Origin: an uncultured Candidatus Bathyarchaeia archaeon
Lineage (GTDB): Archaea > Thermoproteota > Bathyarchaeia > Bathyarchaeales > DTEX01
Direction: 5' to 3'
Assembly (NCBI GenBank): GCA_964584965.1
Contig: CAZPBM010000057.1
Coordinates: 647-64,646 of the forward strand
DNA length: 64,000 bases
Numbering within the stretch: position 1 is the first letter of the stretch; the number at the start of each line of letters is the position of its first letter. The position numbers were made by a program, and so were the translations under genes. This document shows positions 40,701-50,570 of this stretch, one piece after another. The notes beneath the pieces were generated by a model, which saw only the letters and a list, made by a program, of their open reading frames with translations, was not told the origin of the DNA and did no database searches.

Positions 40701-41282
40701 GTGAAAGAAGTGAGTAAACAAGAGGCACCTCAACTTTTTGGTAAATGGAGCTTCAATGTTGAGGTCAAAGACGTAGGGCTTAAAAGATATGTTTCGGTCG
40801 AACCAGTCAGTGTACCTCATTCAATGGGAAGGCACGAACACCGAAGATTCCACAAGTCTAAAGTGAATCTTGTTGAAAGGCTAATAAATAACTTGATGCG
40901 TCCAGGTCAAAATGCTGGCAAAAAGATCAGGGCGATAAACTATGTCAGAAACGCTTTTGAAATTATCTACTTACGAACAGGGCAAAATCCTGTTCAAGTT
41001 CTTGTTCAAGCAGTTGAGAACTCTGCACCTTGTGAAGACATAACAAGAATCAGTTACGGCGGAGTTGCTTATCAACAGGCCGTGGACATTTCGCCTCAAC
41101 GGAGAGTCGATTTAGCCTTACGTTTCATTGCAGAGGGCGTAAGAAAAGCAGCTTTTGGTAACCCAAAACCCTTAGAAGAATGTTTAGCTGACGAGATAAT
41201 TGCAGCTTCCAACAGAGATTCTTCGAGTTATGCTGTGCAGAAACGAAACGAGATGGAAAGAATAGCCTTCCATGCTCGATAA
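40701..41282 (+). CDS. rps7: 30S ribosomal protein uS7
   Basis: [55 protein letters not shown]. Confidence 0.97.
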   Translation: MKEVSKQEAPQLFGKWSFNVEVKDVGLKRYVSVEPVSVPHSMGRHEHRRFHKSKVNLVERLINNLMRPGQNAGKKIRAINYVRNAFEIIYLRTGQNPVQVLVQAVENSAPCEDITRISYGGVAYQQAVDISPQRRVDLALRFIAEGVRKAAFGNPKPLEECLADEIIAASNRDSSSYAVQKRNEMERIAFHAR

Positions 41283-41466
41283 AGAATATATTCCACATTT
41301 TCATTTCGTTTGTCTTGTTTTCTTATGATTACTAGTTCTAAGTTATTGATACATAATAAGAAAGCTCATCCTAATTCTTTAAAAATAACTTAGTAGTATT
41401 GTCTTCGACTAGACTATGCTATTAGGAGAGAAAAAATAATTTCGGTTTACATTGGTGAACCTTAAC

Positions 41467-43176
41467 ATGGCATTATTGATTAAAAATGGATATGTTTACG
41501 ATCCTCTAAACGATGTAAAAGGCGAAATAATGGACATTTGCGTTGAAAATGGGAAAATAGTAGAAAATATAAACGAAAAAAAAGCACATGTCATAGATGC
41601 ATCAAACTTGGTCGTAATGCCTGGTGGCGTAGACATACATACTCACGTTGCGGGCTCAGAAGTGAATGCTGGAAGGCTTTTACGACCTGAAGATCATTAC
41701 AGTGATGTAGAAATTAAAACAGCCATAACTAGGTCAGGAGTAGGGCATTCTGTTCCGTCCACTTTTACAACAGGCTACAGGTACTCACGCATGGGATATA
41801 CAACTATTTGCAATCCTTCTATGCCTCCTCTTGAAGCTCGCCATACCCATGAAGAGCTTGATGATACTCCGATGGTTGATAAGGCAACCTTCCCCTTGCT
41901 TGGAGATTGGTGGTTTGTCCTTGAACTTCTCCGAAAAAACCTTCTCAAAGAGTGCGCTGTTCACGTTGCTTGGCTGATATCGGCTACAAAGGGTTACGCG
42001 ATAAAAATCGTTAATCCAGGCGGCGTCGAGTCATGGGGGTTTGGGAGAAATGTTAAAGACCTCGACGAACCAGTCCCAAATTTCGGAATAACGCCAAGAG
42101 AGATTATTCGTGGACTTTGTAAGGTAAATCGTATATTGAATCTTCCCCACACGATTCACGTTCACACCAACCGACTTGGGCAACCTGGGAACTATCTTAT
42201 TACACTTGAGACTATGAAATGCGTGGAGGATCTTGCCTTTGAGAAAAAGCCTTCCATACATATAACGCATTGCCAGTTTAGCTCCTTTAAGGGAGATGAT
42301 TGGGGAAACATCACGTCCGGAGCTGAAGAGATTGCAAAATATGTTAATGGACATAGCCACGTAACGATAGACATGGGTCAAGTTGTCTTCAGAGATACAA
42401 CAACAATGACGGCTGATGGTCCATGGCAGTTTACCTTACATAAGCTAAGCGGCAACAAATGGGTTAACCACGATGTTGAAACTGAAACCGCAGCAGGCAT
42501 AGTTCCTTTTACTTACAGACGAAAGAGTCTTGTACATGCAACAATGTGGTCAATAGGCCTTGAACTTGCATTACTTATAAGAAACCCATGGAAGGTCTAT
42601 CTTACAACTGATCATCCTAACGCAGCTCCTTTTACAACTTATCCGAAGATAATCTCTTGGCTTATGAGCGAGAAAGCAAGAGGTATTATGCTGAATAAGA
42701 TTAACAAAAAAGCCAAGAAACGTTCTCTTCTTCCAAGCATTGACAGAGAATATGACCTTTTGGAAATTGCCATTATCACACGTGCGGGTCAAGCAAAAGC
42801 CCTAGGGATGAAAAACAAGGGACATTTAGGTCTTAACGCTGACGCTGACATTGCAATATACGATCTTAATCCAAAAAATGCGGACTTTTCAAAGGATTAC
42901 CGAAAAGTCCGCCGTGCTTTCGAGAAGTCCGTTTTCACAATAAAGGATGGGGAAATTGTGGCGAAAAACGGAAATATAATAAAACCTGTCGCGGGAAGAA
43001 CCATGTGGACAGACATTAAAACAACTTCATGTACCATGGCAAGTTCATATTCTGAGACTTTAAAAGACTTAAAGAAACGGTTCCGAGATTATTGGACAAT
43101 AGAGTTGGACAACTATTTTATTCCGGAAAAGTTCCTAAAATCTTCGAAACCAGTACCAATTAAACCAGAGGTGTGA
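41467..43176 (+). CDS. fwdA: Formylmethanofuran dehydrogenase subunit A
   Basis: PGGVDIHTH, GRLLRPED, ARHTHEE, KIVNPGG, HVH, MTADGP, TTDHPN. Confidence 0.96.
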   Translation: MALLIKNGYVYDPLNDVKGEIMDICVENGKIVENINEKKAHVIDASNLVVMPGGVDIHTHVAGSEVNAGRLLRPEDHYSDVEIKTAITRSGVGHSVPSTFTTGYRYSRMGYTTICNPSMPPLEARHTHEELDDTPMVDKATFPLLGDWWFVLELLRKNLLKECAVHVAWLISATKGYAIKIVNPGGVESWGFGRNVKDLDEPVPNFGITPREIIRGLCKVNRILNLPHTIHVHTNRLGQPGNYLITLETMKCVEDLAFEKKPSIHITHCQFSSFKGDDWGNITSGAEEIAKYVNGHSHVTIDMGQVVFRDTTTMTADGPWQFTLHKLSGNKWVNHDVETETAAGIVPFTYRRKSLVHATMWSIGLELALLIRNPWKVYLTTDHPNAAPFTTYPKIISWLMSEKARGIMLNKINKKAKKRSLLPSIDREYDLLEIAIITRAGQAKALGMKNKGHLGLNADADIAIYDLNPKNADFSKDYRKVRRAFEKSVFTIKDGEIVAKNGNIIKPVAGRTMWTDIKTTSCTMASSYSETLKDLKKRFRDYWTIELDNYFIPEKFLKSSKPVPIKPEV

Positions 43177-43182
43177 AAAACA

Positions 43183-44001
43183 ACGATCACGTTACGACCA
43201 AAATATTCCTTAAAAGTACCTGTCTACGCAGAATGCATTACGCCTGATATTTTCTTAGAGAAATCTATCAAAGAAATTTCAGAATTAAGAGTTTGGGAAG
43301 GAAACAGACAGAAAAGCCTCGGAGACATTTTTGGCATTACTGTGAAGGACGGTGACGCAGATGAAAACAACATTATTTTTCTAAGTGGAGATTTTCGCAA
43401 GGTACGAATGATAGGGTACAAAATGACTCGAGGCACCATTATTATCGAAGGTAACGCGGGAATGCGTCTAGGTGAAGGTATGAAAGGGGGAAAAATCCTA
43501 GTAAAGGGCAATGTCGATTCTTGGGCTGGTTGCATGATGAAGGGGGGAAAAATTGAGGTTACCGGGTCAGCTGGAAGCTATGTTGGCTCATCATATCGCG
43601 GATCCACAGAAGGCATGACAGGCGGAGAAATTCTAATACATGGAAACGCAGGAAACGAGATCGGCTGCCACATGAAAGACGGACTGATTAAAGTTGAGTG
43701 CCACGCCGGATTTTTTCCAGGAACCCACATGAGAAATGGAACAATCATCATTTTAGGCGACTGTCTGGGACGAGCTGGTGCAGAAATGGTAGATGGCAAA
43801 ATAATTGTCTGTGGATATTTGCCTTCTGTCCTTCCTACTTTTACGATAGACAACATTAGACCTGACGTTAAAGTTAATGGAGAAAAAATAATAGGCCCAT
43901 TTTACCGTTTTACAGGCGACATAGTTGAGGAAGGTAAAGGAAAACTTTTCGTAGCGAAGAACAAAAATTCACATCTCGCATCCTATGAGAAATACCTATA
44001 A
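43183..44001 (+). CDS. fwdC: Formylmethanofuran dehydrogenase subunit C (start uncertain; probable ACG at 43183)
   Basis: The FwdC N-terminus ITLRPK...AECITPD...WEGNR...LGDIF is in frame upstream of the track's GTG 43342; GxxM repeats, YRG, FTGD. Confidence 0.9.
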   Translation, partial: TITLRPKYSLKVPVYAECITPDIFLEKSIKEISELRVWEGNRQKSLGDIFGITVKDGDADENNIIFLSGDFRKVRMIGYKMTRGTIIIEGNAGMRLGEGMKGGKILVKGNVDSWAGCMMKGGKIEVTGSAGSYVGSSYRGSTEGMTGGEILIHGNAGNEIGCHMKDGLIKVECHAGFFPGTHMRNGTIIILGDCLGRAGAEMVDGKIIVCGYLPSVLPTFTIDNIRPDVKVNGEKIIGPFYRFTGDIVEEGKGKLFVAKNKNSHLASYEKYL

Positions 44002-44025
44002 CCCAACTATGGTTGGAGAAGAAAG

Positions 44026-44985
44026 TTGTTACAAGTAAGTGTTAATCAAAGAGCAATGAAACTTGTAAGAGAGTTATGTGCCAAAGCAGATATGTATAGG
44101 GTTAAGGTAAAGAAGAGCAAAACAGGCGCATCGGTAATAGACGCTGGGTTGGAAGCAGAAGGAAGCATTGAAGCTGGCAAGATAATAACAGAAATTTGCC
44201 TAGGAGGGCTTGGTCAAGCAGAAATTTCTACTATCCAGATTGGTTCAAAAAGTCTTCTGTCAATCTCAGTCTCCACGGACTTTCCAGCAATCTCAACTCT
44301 AGGATCTCAAATGGCTGGGTGGCAAATAAAATCAAAGGATTTTCAAGCATTAGGGTCTGGTCCTGCTCGGGCTTTGGCTTTAAAACCCAAGTCGATTTTT
44401 GAGCAAATCGACTACAAGGACAAATATGACGAAGCTGTGCTTGTTCTTGAAACCGGTAAAGAACCGCCTGAAGATGTCGTAGTGAATATCGCCAAATCTT
44501 GTCGGATCGATATAGGCAAACTCTTTCTTGTTGTTGTTCCAATAACATCTATTTCAGGAATCACTCAAGTTTCAGGAAGAGTGGTTGAGATGGGAATTTA
44601 CAAACTTGTAAACATGGGTGTAGATCCAAAATGTATCTTGTATGCAGAGGGCTCTGCGCCTATACTGCCTGCTCATCAAGATCCTGTTGAGGCTATGGGA
44701 CGATCGAACGATGCAATACTTTATGGAGGAGAAACACATATAGTCCTAAATTACGATGAAGATGTGGAACTTAGACGACTAATTGAGAAATCGGTTTCTT
44801 CGGCATCAGAGCAATATGGGCAATCGTTTGCAGAGATCCTTAAGAAAACAGATTTTGACTTCTATAAAATTGATTCGCAACTTTTCGCCCCTGCTGTAAT
44901 GACAATAGAAAACAAAAGGACGGGTAGAACGTTTTCTGCTGGAAAAATCAATTCAGATGTATTGTTGAGAACAATAAATCCTTAG
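44026..44985 (+). CDS. mch: Methenyl-H4MPT cyclohydrolase
   Basis: SVN, EICLGGL, LGSQMAGW, GSGPARALA, LVLE, QVSGRVVE, AMGRSNDAILYGG, FYKID..LFAPA. Confidence 0.96.
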   Translation: MLQVSVNQRAMKLVRELCAKADMYRVKVKKSKTGASVIDAGLEAEGSIEAGKIITEICLGGLGQAEISTIQIGSKSLLSISVSTDFPAISTLGSQMAGWQIKSKDFQALGSGPARALALKPKSIFEQIDYKDKYDEAVLVLETGKEPPEDVVVNIAKSCRIDIGKLFLVVVPITSISGITQVSGRVVEMGIYKLVNMGVDPKCILYAEGSAPILPAHQDPVEAMGRSNDAILYGGETHIVLNYDEDVELRRLIEKSVSSASEQYGQSFAEILKKTDFDFYKIDSQLFAPAVMTIENKRTGRTFSAGKINSDVLLRTINP

Positions 44986-45034
44986 CACAGCAAACAGGGA
45001 TTCTTAAATTTCAGTTCTCTTAAAAAGTTCCATC

Positions 45035-45643
45035 TTATGATTTGATGAAGAAACTTTTCACCATTGTTGTAAAGCCTTGGTTGTTAGCCAGTGAAAGGAG
45101 AAGAACGCCTTCTACAACCATTTCAACAAACGCCTTTATGAGAATTCCGACAATTATGGGATATAAAACGAAGATTGGCGTACCAAAAACTATTGGGAAA
45201 ACGGCCAAGAAAATGAATACCGTATAAACTGCCTCTGGAATGTAAGAAATTAAAGTTGATGATATGAAACGAGGTTGATGATGGTTCTCATCTCTAAGCC
45301 CCATGGCGGCCATTACTATACCTGCAACTACCCCTGTTAATGCTTTACCTAAAGGCAGTGCAAATCCTGTAATCATATTTCCCTTTGAAAATCCAAACTC
45401 ATTTGCAGCAACCAAGCCCCCTATAATCCCTGTCAAACCTCCGATTACTGGTCCTCCATAAAGCGCACTGATGAAGGTTGTTATGTGAGAAAGATCTAAG
45501 GCTATTGAGACGCTATACGGCCCAAAAGAAACTGTGGGCAAGAATGGTGCGAACATAATTGAAAGCCATGATATAACATTTCCCAACGTACCCATAATAC
45601 ATATCCAGATCCAATCTTTAGGTGAAACCATTCTAATATGCAT
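45035..45643 (-). CDS. ECF transporter S-component-like membrane protein
   Basis: About 6 TMs, LDLSHI...ALYGGPVIGGLTG. Confidence 0.75.
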   Translation of the reverse strand: MHIRMVSPKDWIWICIMGTLGNVISWLSIMFAPFLPTVSFGPYSVSIALDLSHITTFISALYGGPVIGGLTGIIGGLVAANEFGFSKGNMITGFALPLGKALTGVVAGIVMAAMGLRDENHHQPRFISSTLISYIPEAVYTVFIFLAVFPIVFGTPIFVLYPIIVGILIKAFVEMVVEGVLLLSLANNQGFTTMVKSFFIKS

Positions 45644-45769
45644 TCTACATACCTTTTATGATGTGTTTTCCGTGAACTAGAGGCTCGGCTCAATAAAGCT
45701 TATGGTTACTTATTTAAGGGTTATTACTTAAAATCGAGTAATCATTTTTGGGAAAAAGGTGACAGGTGT

Positions 45770-46822
45770 TTAAAGGGTTAATTTAGCACTCAGTCCAACT
45801 CGTTTTTTTCTTGAAAGTTTTACTAGTAAATCAAGAGCCTTTTCGTCTTCAATTGGCCTCGTACGGATAACACCATTCGAGTCTGCTTTCCAGAATAGCT
45901 CCTCAGCTTTTTCCGTTCGGAGAATAGTTAAAGTCCAGTCCTCTAAACCCAGCCCCCCTACAGACATGTCAGCCAGCTCAGAAGAGAAGTCTGAACACTG
46001 CACAATGCAGTTTCTGACATATTTCTTCGCCTCTTTCAAGGCGATTTCTTTTACGTTGCCTGATTTGGTTGTAACGAGAAGTTTTCCCTTTATGTTTATT
46101 TTTGCCACTTCCGCTATGTTGATCCCAAGTTCATTGTGCAGCCATTGTTTTATTAGTCCTTCATAAGTAAAGCATTCGCTGCAGAAGACGCCGATTGTTA
46201 AGGCAATAGCATCTGAGAATTTCTTTAAAGGGAGGGCTTGGATTTTTCGAACTGCTTGTATTTGGTCAGGGGTGCCTACAAACGCAAGTTTTTTCTTTTT
46301 TTGAAGTATGCCTTCTTTTAATGCAATCATGTTTGGTGAATAAGTGTACCTTGTTCCAGCACAATCCAATATATCCTTCGCTGCTGTAGCTAGCTTAGGA
46401 ACTGCTTTCAATGGTTCAGTTTCGCTTACACTAGAAAGGACGGCGCCATCGATGTATCCTTCATTTAAGGCATAGATCAATAGCGACGTGATAATTCCGC
46501 CGTCTTGGCAAACTCTTTTTATGTTTTGGTCTGTTGTTTGAGCAAAAACTATTTTACGGTATATGCCAAAGTCCTCGTTGTCTCTTCTTTCTCTATTGTA
46601 CACAAACTTTTCCAACTCTGGAATAGATAAATTGTACCGTGGGCATACCTGGGCGCAGACGCCACAAGACTTGCATTCTCTTAAGAGGACCGGTTTCTCA
46701 TCAACATATTCAAGACAGTTAAAAGGGCATACAACAACGCAAGAAGCGCAACCAACACATGATGAAGGTAAAACATGTTTTCTAAGAGTTTCTTCGAAGC
46801 TTGCTTTCAGAATTTGAACCAT
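45770..46822 (-). CDS. F420-dependent oxidoreductase beta subunit (FrhB family) with N-terminal 2x[4Fe-4S], FpoF-like
   Basis: CVGCASCVVVCP, CKSCGVCAQVCP, QDGG, AGTRY, VGTPDQ, GVFC, CSDFSSELADMSVG. Confidence 0.88.
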   Translation of the reverse strand: MVQILKASFEETLRKHVLPSSCVGCASCVVVCPFNCLEYVDEKPVLLRECKSCGVCAQVCPRYNLSIPELEKFVYNRERRDNEDFGIYRKIVFAQTTDQNIKRVCQDGGIITSLLIYALNEGYIDGAVLSSVSETEPLKAVPKLATAAKDILDCAGTRYTYSPNMIALKEGILQKKKKLAFVGTPDQIQAVRKIQALPLKKFSDAIALTIGVFCSECFTYEGLIKQWLHNELGINIAEVAKINIKGKLLVTTKSGNVKEIALKEAKKYVRNCIVQCSDFSSELADMSVGGLGLEDWTLTILRTEKAEELFWKADSNGVIRTRPIEDEKALDLLVKLSRKKRVGLSAKLTL

Positions 46823-46904
46823 TTTTTCACCTTCTTTGTGGCCTGAGATTAATTTTCCGTGTTAAACTTTATTATGTATCTCGACTCTCTAATATAGAAT
46901 TTGG

Positions 46905-47816
46905 ATGAGGTCTTTATCAAATCTATTAAAAGAAGCGCACAATGTTGACTACAGAGCGTTTCTGAGGCTAGTTTTCCAAGTTGACCAGATACTCTCTTCG
47001 GAAAAAGCAAAAAGGCAAATTGTCGGAAGGCTTGTTTATTTAGCTCCAAAAGGAAAGACAATAATAATCGGCGACATTCATGGCGATCTGGACAGCCTCG
47101 AACAAATACTGAACGAGATAAAAATATGCGAAGTTTCTTTTGGAACAGATGATTATCTTGTTTTTCTTGGAGATTATGGTGACCGAGGACCTTTTTCTCC
47201 TGAGGTTTACTATGTTGTTTTAAGTTTGAAAAAAATGTTTCAAGAAAACGTAGTTTTACTTCAAGGAAACCACGAGGGCCCACAGGACCTTTTAGCTTCT
47301 CCTCATGATCTTCCTCATCATCTGTTTCGGAAATTTGGTACAGAATGGCAAACGGTTTATTTGAATCTTAGTTCTCTTTTTAGAAGGTTCTATACAGCTG
47401 TGCTTGTGGAAAGCAAATTAATAATGTTACATGGCGGGGTTCCCAGTAAGGCAAGAACTGCTGACGATGTTGCATTTGCATATAAAAAACATCCATCTGA
47501 GACTTATCTTGAAGAAATATTATGGAGCGATCCAGCTGAAGGCATCAAAGGTACCCATTTTTCTCCTCGCGGCGCAGGATATCTGTTTGGTGAGGACGTG
47601 ACAGACATGTTTCTTAGAATTGTGAATGCCAAATGCATCGTTAGGGGGCATGAACCAGCCGATAAAGGATATAAGGTCAACCATAGTGAAAAAGTGATAA
47701 CAATTTTCTCAAGAAAAGGGCCACCATATAACAATAATAAAGGAGCCTACGCTATTGTCGACAATAGTGAGGGGGTTTCCGCAAATTATATTTCATCATG
47801 TATTCAACAGTTCTAA
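46905..47816 (+). CDS. PPP-family Ser/Thr protein phosphatase
   Basis: GDIHG, GDYGDRG, GNHE, HGG, ILWSDP, SPRGAG, RGHE, TIFS. Confidence 0.93.
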   Translation: MRSLSNLLKEAHNVDYRAFLRLVFQVDQILSSEKAKRQIVGRLVYLAPKGKTIIIGDIHGDLDSLEQILNEIKICEVSFGTDDYLVFLGDYGDRGPFSPEVYYVVLSLKKMFQENVVLLQGNHEGPQDLLASPHDLPHHLFRKFGTEWQTVYLNLSSLFRRFYTAVLVESKLIMLHGGVPSKARTADDVAFAYKKHPSETYLEEILWSDPAEGIKGTHFSPRGAGYLFGEDVTDMFLRIVNAKCIVRGHEPADKGYKVNHSEKVITIFSRKGPPYNNNKGAYAIVDNSEGVSANYISSCIQQF

Positions 47817-47972
47817 GAAGTTTGTTTTACAAAATTTCGAGAAATTGGTAGCAAAGGTTCCAGAATCTATAAAATGTCTTAATGTTCTAGCTTTTCTAAA
47901 TGTTCCAAATATATGGACCTATGATTCATATTCTTTAAAAAGTAATATTAATCACCTCAATTAACAAAGAAC

Positions 47973-48221
47973 TTGATGGTTGGAACATCGTTGGGACAAA
48001 TGATGGCTCTGAAAGTTGACCTAAAATCCATAGACGGTGAAGGCGAATTTCCATGTCCATCATGTGGAACTATCATCTCTCCTGATGACGATTCTGAAAA
48101 AACCTATAAAATAGTGGATATCGACACGTTTGATGATGGCTCTTTGAGGACTTTAACAATAATCTGTAATAAATGCCGTAAAACCATAATTTTAGAAGGC
48201 TTTGAACTGCTAAAAAACTAA
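47973..48221 (+). CDS. Small CPxCG zinc-finger protein
   Basis: GEFPCPSCG...CNKC; start may be ATG 48000. Confidence 0.8.
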   Translation: MMVGTSLGQMMALKVDLKSIDGEGEFPCPSCGTIISPDDDSEKTYKIVDIDTFDDGSLRTLTIICNKCRKTIILEGFELLKN

Positions 48222-48303
48222 GTAAACCCATTTTCGCATAAAATTATGGCTAACTGGGCTTGAATAGAAAGATTTTTCTTTTCATTTACCACTGTATTCA
48301 AAG

Positions 48304-49287
48304 GTGGCTGAGCTGCGGTTATTTGGAACCTTCTCTTCTGTTATTGGCAGTTTTCCTCTTGATGATTTTGAACCTAACAGAGAAAGATGCATAGAAGACC
48401 AGCTTAAATTAGGTTTGGATTTCCCATCTTATCCTCAATTAACTGAAATGGGTCCACAGTTCCTAGATGAACTCGTAAAACATGGTAGTGGAATTCAGTC
48501 AGAAAAAACTCGGTACAAGATGAACCTAAAAAAAATTGAGTACCAAGGTCCTCCTATAGGCTTAGAACCATTTTTATGGACAAGAAATTATCTTCAAAAA
48601 AAAGGTTTAGCGAACATAGTTCGTTTAAAAGTTCCTATAACGGGACCTTTCACTCTTGCCTCTTATATTGAAATTAAACCGGGAGTTTTTCCCTTTAACT
48701 CTGCGGTAGCTGATTTGAATTTAGTAAAACAAGTTGCCGATGTGTTGACAAAAAGCTGTGAAGAAGCTTCAAAGACTGCCAGCATGATCTCAATCGATGA
48801 ACCCATCTTAAGCGTGCTAGTTGGAACAAGAATAGCCTTTGGTTATAAAGAAGAAGGCATAGTTAGAATATTTGACAGCCTAAAAAAGTCCTGTAAAGAC
48901 AGCATTGTGGGGACACACATTTGTGGCAGAATCTCTCCTAAACTGGCAGACATCCTTCTTGAAACGGAATTGGATTATCTCAGCCACGAATTTTGCGACA
49001 TGCCTCAAAATATAAAAGTGTATTCTCCAAAAAAAGTAAAAGAAAAAGAAAAAATGTTGTCTGCCGGTTGTGTGTCAACAAAAAATCCGAGAATTGAGAG
49101 CATAGATGAAATTTTAAAAACAATGAAACTGTTCAAAGAATACAAGGACTCAGTGATTTTCACTCCAGACTGTGGTTTTCGCAAGCTCTTGTTAGGCAAC
49201 TTAACTAAAGATGAAGCTTACGAAATTTCTTTACGCAAGATCAGAAACATGGTTGAGGCGTTAAAAAAATTTAAGGCATCTTTTTGA
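48304..49287 (+). CDS. Single-barrel (core) MetE-type methionine synthase
   Basis: IGSFP, YPQL, ITGPFTLA, IDEP, Zn ligands HIC...E...PDCG. Confidence 0.82.
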   Translation: MAELRLFGTFSSVIGSFPLDDFEPNRERCIEDQLKLGLDFPSYPQLTEMGPQFLDELVKHGSGIQSEKTRYKMNLKKIEYQGPPIGLEPFLWTRNYLQKKGLANIVRLKVPITGPFTLASYIEIKPGVFPFNSAVADLNLVKQVADVLTKSCEEASKTASMISIDEPILSVLVGTRIAFGYKEEGIVRIFDSLKKSCKDSIVGTHICGRISPKLADILLETELDYLSHEFCDMPQNIKVYSPKKVKEKEKMLSAGCVSTKNPRIESIDEILKTMKLFKEYKDSVIFTPDCGFRKLLLGNLTKDEAYEISLRKIRNMVEALKKFKASF

Positions 49288-50548
49288 CAGAGTTATTATT
49301 TGTCTTCTCTAGCAGTCCAGATTCTCTGAGGAGTCTGCGAAATTCCTCATCCCTTAAAGAGGCTTTTCTTCCACCGGCGTAGATTGCTTTAATCTTTTTT
49401 AGAACATTAAGAGCTGCTTCGTCACCAGGCGTTTTCCCAGTTATCTCTTCAATCATATACTTAACTATTGCTTTTCCAGACTGTTTACCTATGGTCAAAC
49501 GTCGTTTGTTCCCGACAAGCTCCGGAGGATATGGCTCATAAGTCAAGGCATTGCTGAGAACTCCATGGGTGTGAATGCCAGATTCGTGAGCAAATGCATA
49601 GTCTCCCACGATTGCTTTGTTTGGAGGGACAACATAGCCAGTGGCTTTCCCGATTAAATCAGCAGTTTCCTTGAGTTTATTTATTTTATTTTCAAACTTT
49701 TCTACGCCATGATGCATCAAAAGGTTCATTATGACTTTTTCGGTCTCTGCGTTTCCTGCCCTTTCACCTATGCCTAGAAAAGTTGTGCTGGCGTAAATTT
49801 TTTGCCAAACTCCAGAAGCAGCTCTGATAGCAGCGAGTGTGTTTTCAACAGCGTTCCCGAAATCGTCGTGAGCGTGAATTTCAACGTTTTCTATCTTGGT
49901 TTCAGCTTTTATGGCTCTTATCTTCGCTGGAATTCCGATTGGTAACGTAGCGTCTACGGAGGATAGTCCAATACCTACTGTATCGCATATTCTATAGCAT
50001 TCCGCTCCTGCATCTGCCACTGCATTAATGAACTTTTTTTCGAAGTTCCAATCTGCTCTCGTGCTGTCTTCACCATGGACGAAAACCCTTAGTCCGTGGT
50101 CTTTTGCAGCGTACTCGACGACTTCAATAACTCGATCGATGAGTTCTTCAGGGGATTTTTCTGGCCATTTAGCCTTGAAGTGTATGTAAGAGACGGGATG
50201 CGAAATTCCGATGTTCTCAAATTCGCAGTCAAGAGCGTTATCTACATCTTCCTTTACTGCTCTGCACCATCCGGCAATACTAGCTTGTAAACCCATTTTA
50301 TGTATGATTTTTGCTGCTTGTCGATCGGGTTTTTGGAAATGGTGTAGTTCGATCCTTTCAACTCCAATTTCGTCCAATAGTTTTGCAATCTTCGCTGCGT
50401 CTGTGGGAGTGACTGCTAGGCCTGGCATCTGAACTCCGTCTCTTAATGTTGTATCATCAATTATTGGATCTGTATCTAACGGAAGACACCTAAATCCAAA
50501 TTTTTCAAAATCCACGTTACGAACACCGCTTGTTTTTATATAAGGCAT
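49271..50548 (-). CDS. DRE-TIM acetyl-CoA condensing enzyme (homocitrate/isopropylmalate/Re-citrate synthase family)
   Basis: DTTLRDG.Q, HGEDSTRAD, CDTVG, HAHDDFG, GIGERAGNA, AFAHESGIH; no LeuA regulatory domain. Confidence 0.88.
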   Translation of the reverse strand: MPYIKTSGVRNVDFEKFGFRCLPLDTDPIIDDTTLRDGVQMPGLAVTPTDAAKIAKLLDEIGVERIELHHFQKPDRQAAKIIHKMGLQASIAGWCRAVKEDVDNALDCEFENIGISHPVSYIHFKAKWPEKSPEELIDRVIEVVEYAAKDHGLRVFVHGEDSTRADWNFEKKFINAVADAGAECYRICDTVGIGLSSVDATLPIGIPAKIRAIKAETKIENVEIHAHDDFGNAVENTLAAIRAASGVWQKIYASTTFLGIGERAGNAETEKVIMNLLMHHGVEKFENKINKLKETADLIGKATGYVVPPNKAIVGDYAFAHESGIHTHGVLSNALTYEPYPPELVGNKRRLTIGKQSGKAIVKYMIEEITGKTPGDEAALNVLKKIKAIYAGGRKASLRDEEFRRLLRESGLLEKTNNNSVKKMP

Positions 50549-50570
50549 TTTCTGGGAAAATCGGACAGTA

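Noticed and set aside
43174-43176. Selenocysteine at the fwdA TGA
   Set aside because: The position is an inter-subunit junction, not a catalytic Cys site, and FwdA normally ends here.
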